DNA from: Octopus sinensis
Taxonomy: Eukaryota
Direction: 5' to 3'
Length of the DNA stretch: 64,000 nt
Assembly (NCBI RefSeq): GCF_006345805.1
Contig: NC_043003.1
Span: 23,064,001-23,128,000, forward strand
Position numbers and translations under genes: made by a program
In this document: positions 11,386-24,111 of the stretch, piece by piece
Position numbering within the stretch: position 1 is the first letter of the stretch
Layout of the letters: each line of letters opens with the position of its first letter
Notes under the pieces: model-generated
Seen by the model: the letters and a program-made list of their open reading frames with translations, nothing else
Databases searched by the model: none
Told to the model about the DNA's origin: nothing

Positions 11386-12059
11386 AACACACGAACTCAT
11401 ATAAAGAATCTTGCAAACCACATCCCAAAACGAAATATAATGAAGATATGTTAAATAGCTAATACATATAAAAGCAGCAACAATAACGTGGCTTGTAAAG
11501 AATTGACTTGACATTTTTTTTATTGAATTGAATGTAATAAAAATGGCGGTTTGCTGAAATAGAATAAAGGAGAGAAAAATATCGCACTGGTATTGACGTT
11601 GTTTGGCCTCGCTATCGAGTAGATCCAATTAGTGTTACTATGCAATATAATATGTTTTTTTTCTAACAACGTATACAAACATCACTGTCATCATAGAAAA
11701 CTTGTCTTCTATCAAGTGGATATAAATCTTAATTATAAATACTACACCAACTGTTCTTGCATGCAATACTAATTTGTTTATAACTCTCATTATAATTTTC
11801 GTTATGGTCGTTGTTGTAGACGTTGATGTTACTAATATTGTTGTTATTGTGATTCCTGTTGGTGTCGTTCTGGGAGTGGTTGTTGTTATTGTGGTATTAT
11901 TCTGGTTATTGGTATCTTGGTTCCTGTTGCGATTGCTTATTATTCTTGTTGTTACAGACGCTAATTGTTGTTATTGCTGTTAATCGTGGTTGTATTATTC
12001 AGATATGTGTCGTTCTTTCTGTGCCTTATTGTTGTTGCTGCTGCTGTTCCTGTTGAGCT

Positions 12060-12435
12060 GTTTCTGTTGAGCGAACGGTCTTCGTCCTAGAGCTCGCAAG
12101 ATGTGAGAAGTCCGAAACGTGGTACTTTGCTATTCGCAAGACCCGCAGAAGAAAAAGCAGGTCAACCCCCGACACCGAGAGCATCGATGGATGGATGAAT
12201 GCGCATCCAGGCTCAGCGGTTGCGTAGGAAGTCGGAGATAAGAAATAGAAAGAAAGAGTGAGAGAAAGTTGGGGCGAAAGAGTACACAGGGGTCGCCACC
12301 ACCCCCTGCCGGAGCATCGTGCAGCTTTATGTGTTTTCGCTCAATAAACACACGCAACGCCCGGTCTGGGAATCGAAACCACGATCCTCCGACCGCGAGT
12401 CCACTGCCCTAACCACTGGGCCATTGCACCTCCAC
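12060..12435 (-). mobile_element. tRNA-derived SINE family C, tail type 1
   Basis: The head on the minus strand, gtggaggtgcaatggcccagtggttagggcag...ggtttcgattcccagaccggg, has A/B boxes. Central ctttctctcactctttc domain. Confidence 0.85.
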
Positions 12436-12667
12436 TTGTTGCTTCTGCTATTGTTGTTGTGCTGCTCGTCGTAATTGTTGCTATCAGTCTTCAGATTCAT
12501 GTTGCTGCAGTAAATGTTAATTTTGACGTGATTCTAGCTTTGGAGTTGTCGCAGTTATGGTTGATGTGTTTGTTTTGTTGCTTCGTGGTTCGGTTCCTTA
12601 TTGCTTATGTAGATATTGTTCCGAATATAACCGCTTTTGTTGCGATTGTTATTGCTGTAGCTGTTGC

Positions 12668-12669
12668 TT

Positions 12670-12701
<32 letters not shown>

Positions 12702-13178
12702 AATCAGGACTCGCGCCATTATCCACAAAGAATAATCTCTAATTCGAGCCTACTCTAAGTTACTAAAAATACGTGAATACGTGTGGCAACTGGAAGATCC
12801 ACCCACCACACACGATAGACTGGCGGTTGTACGGGTGCGAAAACTACGTTGTTATCCTCATTCCGTAAACGGTGACTTTTAACGGGTGGAGAGCTGAACC
12901 ATCCTGGGGCACAGAGGATTCGCAATCTAGACTAGGGTCTCAAAGTTTACCACACCATAGTGGGTTACACCATGGTTCCTCTGCTTTGTGGCAGAAGTAG
13001 GAAGAAAGAGTGAGAGAAAGTTTGGTGAAAGAGCACAGTGAGGTTCACCACCTCTCCCTGCCGGAGCCTCGCAGAGCTTAGGTGGTTTTGCTCAATAAAC
13101 ACCCACAATGCCCGGTCTGGGAATCGAAACTGCGTTCTTACGACCGCGAGTCCGCTGCCCTAACCATTGCGTCTCCAC
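12668..13178 (-). mobile_element. SINE family C, tail type 2, with a (GAA)n 3' tail
   Basis: Same head as above. The body closely matches 33154-33758. (TTC)n at 12668-12699. Confidence 0.85.
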
Positions 13179-13829
13179 TAGCTGTTGCTGTCATTGCTGT
13201 GACTTTTGCGCATGTTGCTAATGTGGTTATTCTTGAAGTTGTTACAGTGGTTGTGTGGTTACCTTTATTTTGGCCGTTGCTGTTATGATTGTTATTGTTG
13301 TTGCTGTTGCATATATTTTTGTTTGTCGTTGTTGCTGTAGTTATTCTTCACGTTGCTGTTGTGTAGATGCCGTTGCTTTGGCTGTCGTTATTGCAGTAGT
13401 GGTGTTGTAACTATGGTTATTGTTGTGGTTGTTCTGTAGTTTTCGTAGTTGTTACTGTTGCTTCTGTTTGTCATTATTACCATGTTATTATTTTTATTGT
13501 TGTTACACTTCGTGTATTATATACTCTTGTTAATAATCATAACGTATTATTTAATTCCTTCTCTTTGCCTGTACTATAATGCTTTTCTTTTCCTTCTGCT
13601 GGTTGTAACACTGCATTATTTAGTTTTATTTTAATAGTTGCAGGAATGACTTCATTGAGTGTTTCCACATCACAGGCTACATCAAGGCATTAGTCTTAAT
13701 TTGTGATCTGTCATATTTAACACGGCCACATAGCAATTTTCAACGGCGTCATTTTAAAAGCTTCAAAAAGCAAACAAACTCTTGACACGTGCAAACACAG
13801 CAGATAAAAAAAATAATATTTTTTTTTAT

Positions 13830-14528
13830 CGAGCAAACGTTGAACTCTTGTCTATGTGAACTCTTGAACTGTTAGAAGTAATAACTATATTTCTCTCAAA
13901 CTACATTCATCTGTCGTAAGAGGTAAACGTACGTCAAATACTGAAGTGGAAGACAGTCCCTCCAAAATGTAGGATACAGAGGAAAGAAAACAGGTATGTC
14001 TAGAATAATTTTGACTCCAAATTTTCTTGGCGTCCATTTTTAAATCCACATAAGGCTTGATTTTCGTGCCATCTGTCCTCCGCAAAAATCTAGTTCGCAT
14101 CACATTACGACACAAAGCCAAAACTATTTCATCTTAACTGGCTCTGCTCTCTTTGACATCCTACCACGGCGCATAAGGAAGGGGAAAGAACTCAAAACAT
14201 TCACAAAGCTCCTAAATGATCATACCAACAAATTACAAATAACTCAGCAACACATGAATATAGCTCTGCAAACTATAACTCCTTGCTCGATTGGGCTCTG
14301 GTGGCCTAAACTCGTCAAAACATCTAAGTTTTTAATGTGTATATGTAGACAGTTTTCTCTATGGGGTAGAAGCTGGACAATGAAGAAAAATTGTTTTCAA
14401 CATCGCATTGACGGTACGTATAAAAAACATTTTTCTCTTTTGCCGAGAAAACGTTGAACTCTTGTCTAAGTGAACTCTTGAACTGCTAGAAGTAATAACT
14501 ATATTTCTCTCAAACTACAATCATCTGT
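13830..14528. repeat. 85-bp direct repeats (13830-13914, 14444-14528) flanking about 530 bp that includes an RTE-like fragment
   Basis: cgag.aaacgttgaactcttgtcta.gtgaactcttgaactg.tagaagtaataactatatttctctcaaactaca.tcatctgt occurs twice. The interior gives FLYGVEA(W)TMKK..RIDGTY with a frameshift. Confidence 0.8.
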
Positions 14529-15558
14529 ACATTCTGAGAGCTTTAAAAATGAGCATAAGACCAAAGAGATTGAGGTACACATCTTCACTACCCATCTGTA
14601 AAATTACCACTCAAATTAGGATAGGTTTACTGGCCACTGCTGGCCTCCTGAACTAGATGTTATATTATGCTGCCACCGCTGGCCGTACTAGATGTTATAT
14701 TGTGGACGTTTCCGCAGCCTAATAACTGATGAAACCACTCGACTGAAATCATGCTATTGGTACACCCACACACACACACACACGCACACACACGCGCACA
14801 CAGACACAGACACAGACACAGACACACACAAATGACACTGATGGCAAGCCAAACCTAATGAGAAATCAGAGACAAAGACGTGACAGAAATTAGTGGCGCG
14901 TCGCGGCGCGGTGAAACGCGTCTCGGTTCCGTTCGCTTGTAAAAGACAGCGTTCTTTGGTCGTGATTGACCTTGATGAGACACAAACAACAAAATTTACA
15001 AAAATAAAAGCAATTACAGACAACAGAGATATGTTTTGCACATTTTCAAATGCCTAAATATGAAAGCCAATAATTTTACTCGAAGTGGGCGAAAAGGGAG
15101 ACAGAAAGAGGGAGAGAGAGGGGAAGAGAGACGGAAAGAGAAACAAATGAATCAACTAGAATTAATAATGACTAGGTCATGTTCTTTAATTTACTTCATT
15201 TTATTAGTTTTGTTTTGTTATTTGATTGTTCTCGCTTATACAAACTGATTGTTTGCTTGTCATAAGAATTGCTCTAAATTTTCTTATAATAGATAGCAGG
15301 TCACGAACAGTTAAAATTCGCATTTAAAGACAAGAGAGAGAGAGAGAGAGGAGGAAAGAGAGAGAGGAGGAAAAAGAGAGGTGGGAAAGAGAGCTTGTAG
15401 TGGTCATTTGAGCTGAGAGAAAAAGCTGTTAAATATATCTGCTACCGCTTCGAACAAAGACCTGACAGTCTGGGCCGTGTAATCTCGCCCCACAAATACA
15501 AAACAAAATCAAAGAAGAAATGTTCACTGGTACAATAATTTTATAAAATATATGCTTC

Positions 15559-15971
15559 TTATTTCTTTATTGCCCACAAGGGGCTAAACATAGAGAGGAC
15601 AAAGAAGGACAGACAAAGGGGTTAAGTCGATTATATCGACCCCTGTACGTAACTGGTACTTATTTAATCGACCCCGAAAGGATGAAAGGCAAAGTCGACC
15701 TCGGCAAAATTTGAACTCAGAACGTAACGGCAGACGAAATACCTATTTCTTTACTACCCGCAAGGGGCTAAACACAGAGAGGACAAACAAGGTCAGACAA
15801 ACGGATTAATTCGATTACATCGACCCCAGTGTGTAACTGGTCCTTAATTTATCGACCCCAAAAGGATGAAAGGCAAAGTCATCCTCGGTGGAATTTGAAC
15901 TAAGAACGTAACGGCAGACGAAATGCCGCTAAGCATTTCCCCTGTCGTGCTAACGTTTCTGCCAGCTCGCC
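15559..15971 (-). mobile_element. SINE family B, dimeric form
   Basis: Two tandem units of about 170 bp (cccacaaggggctaaac..tcgacccc..gaaaggcaaagtc..gaatttgaact.agaacgtaacggcagacgaaat), then the head ctgccagctcgcc. Confidence 0.9.
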
Positions 15972-16208
15972 AAGATATGCTTCTTGGGCTACACAATATC
16001 ATCATCACCACAAAACCCCACCAACGACACCAACAATCAGAAATTAAACGCATGCATACACAAGAATAAGCAGAAACATTAATAATATATAAAAAATATA
16101 AAAATACAAATCATAAAAAAGTAAAGTGAGAATAAAATACGAATACTTTATTATACTGACGAAATTCCTTGTAAGACAACTAATATTATGCATGCAATTT
16201 GTAGACAA

Positions 16209-16500
16209 GATAATAATAATAATAATAATAATGATAATAATAATAATAATAATAATAATGATAATAATAATAATGATAATAATAATAACAATAATAATAA
16301 TAATAATAATGATAATAATAATAATAATAATAGTAATTATATTATTGTATACAGTGTTCAGATGCACCACAACTTGTCAAAAGTGCGTATAAAGCATATG
16401 CAGTAATGTACAAATGTCTGGAAAGTGAACAGTGTATGAGTCAGATATATGTAGATGTAGAAGAACGTTTCCTTTCAAGTATGTTTAAGAGCTAAACGCA
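16209..16500 (-). mobile_element. 5'-truncated CR1-type LINE 3' end with a long (TTA)n tail
   Basis: tgtatacagtgttcagatgcaccacaact matches the LINE 3' end at 17491-17520 (tgtgtacagtgctcaggtgcactacaact). (AAT)n at 16209-16337. Confidence 0.7.
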
Positions 16501-16822
16501 ACAACCAAGGGAGGTAATAAGGGTATAATTAGCTGAGCTAAATTTTCCCATAGAATCTCTCTACAGGAGACGTCAATCTTTTGGTATTCATAATTAGTGT
16601 CACGGCATTGTTACTGTTCCTCTATTTATTTCTTTGTCAGTCCGTCTCTCTCTCTCTCACTCACTACCTATCTCTTTATTCATTTTATGTATATATACAT
16701 AGACATTTTAACTGATTTTAATTCATGTATCTGCGCTGGTCTGATTCTGTGCATTATATATTTGTTTACCTTCTACTAGCATAAAAATCTTACCCGTATT
16801 ATTTGTGATAATTTTATATATA

Positions 16823-17209
16823 GGCGCAGGAGTGGCTCTGTGGTAAGCAGCGTACTTACCAACCACATGGTTCCGGGTTCAGTCCCACTGCGTGGCACCT
16901 GGGGCAAGTGTCTTCTACTATAGCCTCGGGCCGACCAAAGCCTTGTGAGTGGATTTGGTAGACGGAAACTGAAAGAAGCCGTCGTATATATGTATATGTG
17001 TATATATGTGTGTGTGTTTCTGTGTCTGAGTGTGTCCCCACTCCAACATCGCTTGACAACGGATGGTGGCGCGTTTACGTCCCCGTAACTTAGCGGTTCG
17101 GCAAAAGAACCGATAGAATACGTACTAGGCTTACAAAGAATAAGTCCTGGGGTCGATTTGCTCGACTAAAGGCGATGCTCCAGCAAATGACTGAAACAAA
17201 TAAAAAAAA
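16823..17209 (+). mobile_element. tRNA-derived SINE family A
   Basis: ggcgcaggagtggctctgtggtaag...ggttcagtcccactgcgtggcac head, internal (TA)/(TG) tract, 3' end gatgctccagc..aaatgactgaaac. Confidence 0.9.
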
Positions 17210-17289
17210 TGTATTTATGTATGTATCTATCTACGTACACACATATATGCATGTACGTATTCATGTATGCATCTGCGTATATATTTATG

Positions 17290-17347
<58 letters not shown>

Positions 17348-17467
17348 TTCAGTAAATTTTAGATTCAGATGAATATGGTACTTAAGTTAAAGGCAACAGA
17401 ATTTAGTATGGTATTATCCATATAATTCAAAATGGGGTGATTATAATCAAAATAAGCAACAAGGATA

Positions 17468-20400
17468 TAATAATAATAATAATAATGATTGTGTACAGTG
17501 CTCAGGTGCACTACAACTCATCTAAAGTGTATATATAATCAGGTGTAGTTTCGGCGGATTTCGGAAAGCATGAGGGCCTTAAAAGATGCAGTGTCATGGC
17601 AGTCAACAACTGACGCAGGCAGTTTATTCCATGCTTCAGCAACTCTGAGCGTGAAAAAATGTTTCCGAAAGTCATGGGAGCTGTATTGTTTTCTGACTTT
17701 GTAGGCATGTCCACTTGTGTTAGACACATGGAGATCAAAAAGGTGTTCAGTGTTGTTGTTGGTGAGGTGGTTGATAACTTTGTGGGTGTTTACCAAGTCC
17801 GTCGCCAAACGCCGGAGCTTCAGTGAATCCATGCCCAGGGAAACAAGGCGCTCAGAATATGGTAGGTGTCTGATGGAGGGTATGCGTTTGGTTGCACGTC
17901 TCTGGACAGATTCCAGGAGGTCAATGTTCTGTGCAAGATAGGGGTTCCAAACTGATGATGCGAATTCCAAGTGTGGTCGTACCATAGCCGTATACAGTTT
18001 TAAATAGATGGCTGGAGAGCGGCTAACAAAAGACCTGCTGAGTGATGCCAAGACACCCTCGGCCTTCCTGACAATCTTAGAGATATGCTTTGACCAACGC
18101 AAATCACTGCTGACAGTGATGCCTAGGTCACGCTCGCAAGAGGATTTCTTGATATCAGTGTTGTGGAGGGAGTATGTGAACGCAGGGTTTTTTCTCCAAA
18201 ATGCATGGTGGTACACTTGTCCACAGCCAGTTTCAGTTGCCAGTCTGTGATCCATTGCTGCATTGTGTCTAGGTCTGATTGCAGGAAAGAGTTGTAGACA
18301 TCAGGATCTGTCCTCTTGATTTCAAGGTACAGCTTGATGTCGTCTGCATATTTCAATACTGTGGCATTCTTTAAATTGGCATCTATGTCGTTAATGTATG
18401 CCACAAACAAGAGGGGACCAAGGACAGATCCCTGTGGTACACCCGATGACATCTCATATGGTGTAGAGTGCTGTCCTAGAACTGTGACTACCTCCTTTCG
18501 GCTGAGGATGAAGGATTTCAACCAGTTAAAAAGGTCATCCCCCACACCCATTGCAGAGAGTTTCACCATAAGCCTTTTGTGTGGCACAGAGTTGAAAGCC
18601 TTAGCAAAGTCAAGGTAGACAACATCCACCCATGAGCCACTGTCAGTAATCTGAGTAATGTCCTCAAGGAACTCGACAAGCTGGTCACTGCAGCTGGAGT
18701 TAGGGACAAATCCATATTGTGAGGGTCAGATGAGACTGTGAGAGCTCCAGAAGTTCCAGAGTGTTTCTCTGACACACGATTCCATCAGTTTTGCAATACA
18801 GCTAGTGAGACTGACTGGGCGATAGTTGACAGGTGATGTGCGGTCGCCCCCTTTTTGAACAGAGGAATGACACTGGCAGTTTTCCACTGCTCCGGAGTAG
18901 CACCATTGTTGAGACAGTACTGGAAGAAAATAGAAAGCTGGTGTAAAAGGAAGTGCCTGCCACGTTTGAGAAGCAGTATGTAACTCCATCGAGACCAGGG
19001 GAGGCATAGTTGCGCTTATTTTGAAGGTGACGTCGCAGCATTGCAGGTGTAAATTCCATAGTTGTTATGGAGTTTGCTGTTAGTGATGGTGAAGATGGTA
19101 CATTTTGACTTTCAACAGTGAATATGTTTGCATAGCACTCGGCAATGAGTTCTGCGCATTCCTTGGGGTCGTCAGTGATCTGGTTTGTGTGAGGGTTGCA
19201 AGAGGGCCCACTGGAGAGTGAGGTCTCTGCTTTGAGTGCACATATTTCCAGAAAACCTTGCTGTCAGGATTGGCTGCTATGCACTGTTCAAATTCAAGCA
19301 CTGCTTTTTTTGTCACTTGCTTGAGATGGTTGGAGGATTTATTCCGCTTCTTCCTGTTGGTCTGATTTATGCAACCTGTATTCCCGTTCAGCACCTCCGA
19401 CTTCCCTCCTGGCAAGTCGGACCGCTGAAGTTTCCCAAATTGCCCTTTTGGGGCGGTTCTTCTTTTTTTGTTTACGTGGCACTGATGCTGCACATGCTGC
19501 CCATATTGAGTCCAGGATACTCTGGAGTATAGTATTCACATCTCCAGAGTTGTAGAATTCACGCCAGTTTGGGTGCTGTAGTTCAGTGTGGTACAGGTTC
19601 CAATCTGCTCTCTTCCAATCGAAGGAAGCAGATTGGAGATGGTTCAGGTTTTTGTTGCCCGCAGAGCCAGATTGGCGATGATCATAGCATGATCAGAGTC
19701 ACCTAGAGGTTCCTCCGTAGTGCAATTGATAACCGCTTCAGGAGTTGTGGTGAAGAGCAGGTCCAAGGTGTTGTCGCCTCTTGTTGGAGAGGTGACTACT
19801 TGTGACCAGTTTGAGTCCAGCACAAGCTCAACAAAATCGTTTGCACTCTGTGGCCAATGGAAGGTCTCCCAATCGATCTCAGGATGATTGAAATCGCCTG
19901 CAATAAACACATAAGTGGCTGTTTTCCTGGCAGCAGCTCGGAGGACATTGCAAAGCTGTGTGTCCCGATGGTAACTTGGGGGACGATAAACAACGCCAAG
20001 CGGAGTGTTGACATGGTCATACGCACGTCACAGAAAAAACTTCTTGTGATTCGTTCAAATCGGCACAAGGAATTACCAAAAAATTTGAACGAACGTAGAC
20101 CATCACACCACCACACCACGGCGGTTAGTGCGGTCCTTACGGAAAAGGTTGTACCCCGTAATGTTGAAAACCCCATCACAGAGTAAGGAATGCGCCCATG
20201 TTTCCGTGACAGTGATGAAGTCAGGGTCAACACTTCTGACGTAGGCGTTGAACAAATGTATTTTGTTGCATAAACTGCGAGCATTTAAGGACAACAATTT
20301 GTACCCTGCTCGCAGTTTATGATGGTGTGTAGAGGATGGCAGGTTGTTCTGGCTTAGTTTCCCTGAGTTGCTGTAGTCTTTTTAGTTATTGTGGGTAGAG

Positions 20401-20470
20401 AGCACTCAGACCAGCTGGTATCTCTCTTCCACGTTTCAGCAGTCTTGACAAATCTCCAGATTTGTCCATC
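17468..20470 (-). mobile_element. CR1/L2-group LINE with near-complete, frameshifted ORF2 (APE endonuclease plus reverse transcriptase)
   Basis: APE motifs: LNARSL..K, VTETW, GDFNHP, PTRGDNTLDLLFT. RT motifs: NYRPVSLTS, YLDFAKAF, SGVPQGSVLGPLLF, YADD, ERDLG, VRPHLEFASSVWNP. (TTA)n tail. Split over several ORFs. Confidence 0.95.
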
Positions 20471-20537
20471 CAATAAAATGGAGTCGCATGAAACGATCGT
20501 ACTGCATTACCTCTAGATATCCTTGTTGCATATTTTA

Positions 20538-20568
<31 letters not shown>

Positions 20569-21727
20569 GATGTATATATGCATGCATGTATGTACGTGTG
20601 TGTACGTGTGTATGTATGCGTGTGCTTTTGAGCCTGTGTGTCTGTTTGAGTGTATGTATCGAACACTCTTAACTTCACCGAGGAGTTAAATACCTGTCCA
20701 TTGTTTTGTCCATTAGGCTTAAATGGTGAGATCCATCCAGATCTTTCTATTGTTTATATTGTCAAAAAATATCCTATCTACTGATCTTATTGAAGTTAAC
20801 TCCATTGCTTTCTTTAAAATTTTAAACAACCCTAGAAGAAGCATTTTATTTCTTAGATAATCTCAATTGATCGAAGTTTACCAACTCACTACATTATATA
20901 TGTGAGACACACACTACAAGCATAAATATTCAGTATCCAGATAAGTTGCTTTCAGTTATTTTTTTTTATATGACTCTTATGTATTAACGATTTTTACTAG
21001 CTGTAATCTGTGTCTTGATAAAATTATGTTCAAGTAAATAAATCTTATTCGTCGTGTAATTCCAGTAGTTTTATGATGTCATTCTAACAACAGCCATAGT
21101 GATATATTTAATATACATCGATACAGCAGCACATTTCTTCAAATATTATAAACTTTTCCTCTCATTCTGTACGTTTCTCGATCTTTCTCCCTCCATCACC
21201 TTCATCCTTCTCTTTTTTCTCTCTTTTAATCTTTCTCCACTTATTTATATACACTTTTTGCCATGTCTTTGTTGTTGGATAATTTTTTCTACTTTTTCCC
21301 CTTTACTTGTAGTATTTCTCTTTGATTTAGTCATAAATTAAGTGTTCGCTGTTAGAAATATCTAATTCTCACTTTAGCTGGCGAAATGGCGATCTCTCTC
21401 GTTCTTTCTCTTTCACTCTGTTATATACATAAACTCTATTTTCCATCAACGATCAGCTTTGAAACATAGTAACAAATTAATAGCAAAGGAAAATAAAAGC
21501 AGAAGAAAACAAACCCAAAGAAAAAAAAATAACGATCATTTAGTCATTAAAATGCTTACTCCTACTTAAAGTTGTTCTCTTTGAATGCTTAGGTAAACTC
21601 ACAGCTTGTATTGACGACTTGTAACTATTTAAACAAGATCAACGAGTACAGTGATTCACATTGACAAAACAGCCTAGTCACTAATAACAAATATACAATA
21701 ACTGCGTCACCTATGTAATTTACACTC

Positions 21728-21794
21728 ATCCTACTAGTACGACAGCCTCAGCATCGTCGACGTAATTACCGTCGTCATCAGCTACTGTACGGAT
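21728..21794 (-). ncRNA. Extended type I hammerhead ribozyme, apparently inactivated by a 2-nt deletion
   Basis: AUCC-G-UAC-AG-UAG | CUGAUGA | C-GACG(GUAAUUA)CGUC | G[AA missing]ACGA(11 nt)UCGU-A | CUA-GUA-GGAU. Confidence 0.55.
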
Positions 21795-22363
21795 AGTAAC
21801 AAAGAATTAGTTTTTACGTAACGTTTCCTTTTCCAGCTCCTAATAAAAGGATTCTGAAATATCAATGATATTTCTTAAAGATAATGATTTCTTTTGAGTA
21901 GGTTCTCGGATGATAATTTATTTTTTTTTACCTGACATTATTTACTTTATCGATCTTTTGTGAAGAAGAAATGTTTAGAGAGGGAGAAATCGATGACAGT
22001 ATCTTCTATATTCACTGTAAAGCACTAACCCTATTTTCTGGTGTCGAAGATGCTAAATATGTTTCTCCCCTAAAGCAAGCATTAAAAATACTTCGTTTAT
22101 CCTAAAAGACGAAGGTTACATGTATCATAAGTCAATCATATCTGCAGGTAATCTATGCTAAATTTACAGTATCTCAGTACAGCAAATGTAAAGAAGAAAG
22201 TAAGAGGGCAGACTCTAATTGATCAGCATAATCTGTATATCCACTAACAGAATATCTTCGTAAAACGTGAGTAAGATTTTGAGGTTCGTAGAAGGTAAAC
22301 GAATATATAATACATAGAATCAGACCATCGCAAATGCATGACTAAAAAGCAACTGTATTTTTT

Positions 22364-22494
22364 TTATTGTTGTTGTTGCTGTTGTTGAGTGAGAGAGCAG
22401 CGCATGCCATCACAGTGACACAGGGTTAAAATATACGAAGCCCAGAATTCCCATTACGACTACACGTCTTATAAGAGTACACCTGGCACATGCA
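22364..22494 (-). repeat. Exact 131-bp inverted duplicate of 23053-23183
   Basis: Identical including the interrupted microsatellite caacaacagcaacaacaacaataa. Confidence 0.9.
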
Positions 22495-22496
22495 AA

Positions 22497-22535
<39 letters not shown>

Positions 22536-22543
22536 CCTTTCTA

Positions 22544-22650
22544 TAATAGCCACAAGTTGTGAAATTTTGAGGGATGGCATATGTCAATTACATCGACTCC
22601 AGTACGCAGCTGTTCTTATTTTATCAACCCCGAAAGGATTTCAACCATGC
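22544..22650 (-). mobile_element. SINE family B fragment
   Basis: ttacatcgactccagtacgcagctg..ttatcaaccccgaaaggat. Confidence 0.65.
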
Positions 22651-22661
22651 CAAAATCTGAC

Positions 22662-22715
<54 letters not shown>

Positions 22716-22727
22716 AATAATAATAAT

Positions 22728-23729
22728 ACCACAAATTCACTTGTCAGTTCTTTGACCTTAACCATTTGAGCATGTCCCTGGGTGCCTGACGATATGTGCA
22801 TCGCTGACCACGATCAGAATTAGTGGTGAAGAATCATAGCCATATGTTGAGAGGGATTCTTTGTGGTTTGAATATTTCACTTCTGGAAACATGGAGGTCT
22901 GGTACAACATCCTTAAACAAACCTCATTTAGGGATCTTTTGAGTAAGATACGCTACTCAACCTGAAGAAAAGTCTAACTGGGCCCCCACCTGCAGGGTCA
23001 TGCGCTGTTTATCTTCATATGAGATCACCATGTCGTGCACATATGGTTGTGATGCATGTGCCAGGTGTACTCTTATAAGACGTGTAGTCGTAATGGGAAT
23101 TCTGGGCTTCGTATATTTTAACCCTGTGTCACTGTGATGGCATGCGCTGCTCTCTCACTCAACAACAGCAACAACAACAATAATAATAAATGCCCTGATG
23201 CATTACCAGGCTCTAGCTTTCATGGCTTCTGATCTTAATTGATTGGAAGTGTTATCACATATATTGTTTTGTCTTGGTATAAAAAATGGGATACAGTAAA
23301 TATCTTGCTCAATATCTCAGATTTGCTTGTCAGTTGCTTGACCATAACAAGTTGAGCAAGGCTCTTGGTGGCTGACGATACGAGTATCTTTGATCACAAG
23401 GAGAAACAGTGGGGCAGCATCATAGCCATGTGTTCAGAGGAATTCTTTGGAGTTTGAATAAATCACCTCTGGAAACATGGGTACTTCGTTCAACATCCTT
23501 AAACAACCCCTATTCAAGGACCATTTGAGCGGGATGTGCTGATGAAAATTCTTACCGGGCCTCACCTGGAAAATCATGTGCTGTTTATCTTGATATAAGA
23601 TCACCATGTCACGCATATACGGCTGTGATGCATGTACCTGGTGTACCTTTATCAGACGGGTAGTCATGATGAGTGTACTGGGTTTCGTATACTGTGTCAC
23701 TTTGATGGCATATACCGCTCTGTCACTCA

Positions 23730-23780
<51 letters not shown>

Positions 23781-23790
23781 TAATAATAAT
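22728..23790 (+). mobile_element. Two head-to-tail copies of an (AAT)n-anchored interspersed element (22728-23160 truncated; 23189-23730)
   Basis: Shared cttgtcagtt..ttgacc, catcatagccat.tgtt.agagg, ctggaaacatgg, gatcaccatgtc and gtgtcact.tgatggcat. Each ends in cactca followed by an (AAC/AAT)n run. Confidence 0.8.
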
Positions 23791-23794
23791 AATC

Positions 23795-23960
23795 CTTTCT
23801 TCTATAGGCATAAGGCCTGTAATTTGGTGGGCAGGGATACTCAACTAGTACTTATTTTATCGATTCCGAATGGATGAGAGGCAAACACGACCTTGGAGGT
23901 CGGACAAAATGCCGCTAAGTATTTGTCCGATATTACAACGATTCTGCCTGCAGTTTTTAG
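23795..23960 (-). mobile_element. SINE family B, degenerate
   Basis: tatcgattccgaatggatgagaggcaaacacgacct...aaatgccgctaagtattt...aacgattctgcc. Confidence 0.6.
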
Positions 23961-24111
23961 GGAGAGTGATTATTAATACCATTTGCCCCTCTTTCGATCA
24001 CTCTAACAATTCTGAAGACCAATTGTCCACATATTAATCAGTTCTAAGTTTGGCACAAAGCGAACAATTTTCAGCGAATGGTGTAGTTAGCAAATTTCAT
24101 TGCTACTAGCA

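Noticed and set aside
14895-14935. GAAACGCGUC, a typical minimal-HHR 3' half, in a CpG-rich patch
   Set aside because: No CUGANGA-like core or stem I is present at the required spacing, so it may be chance.
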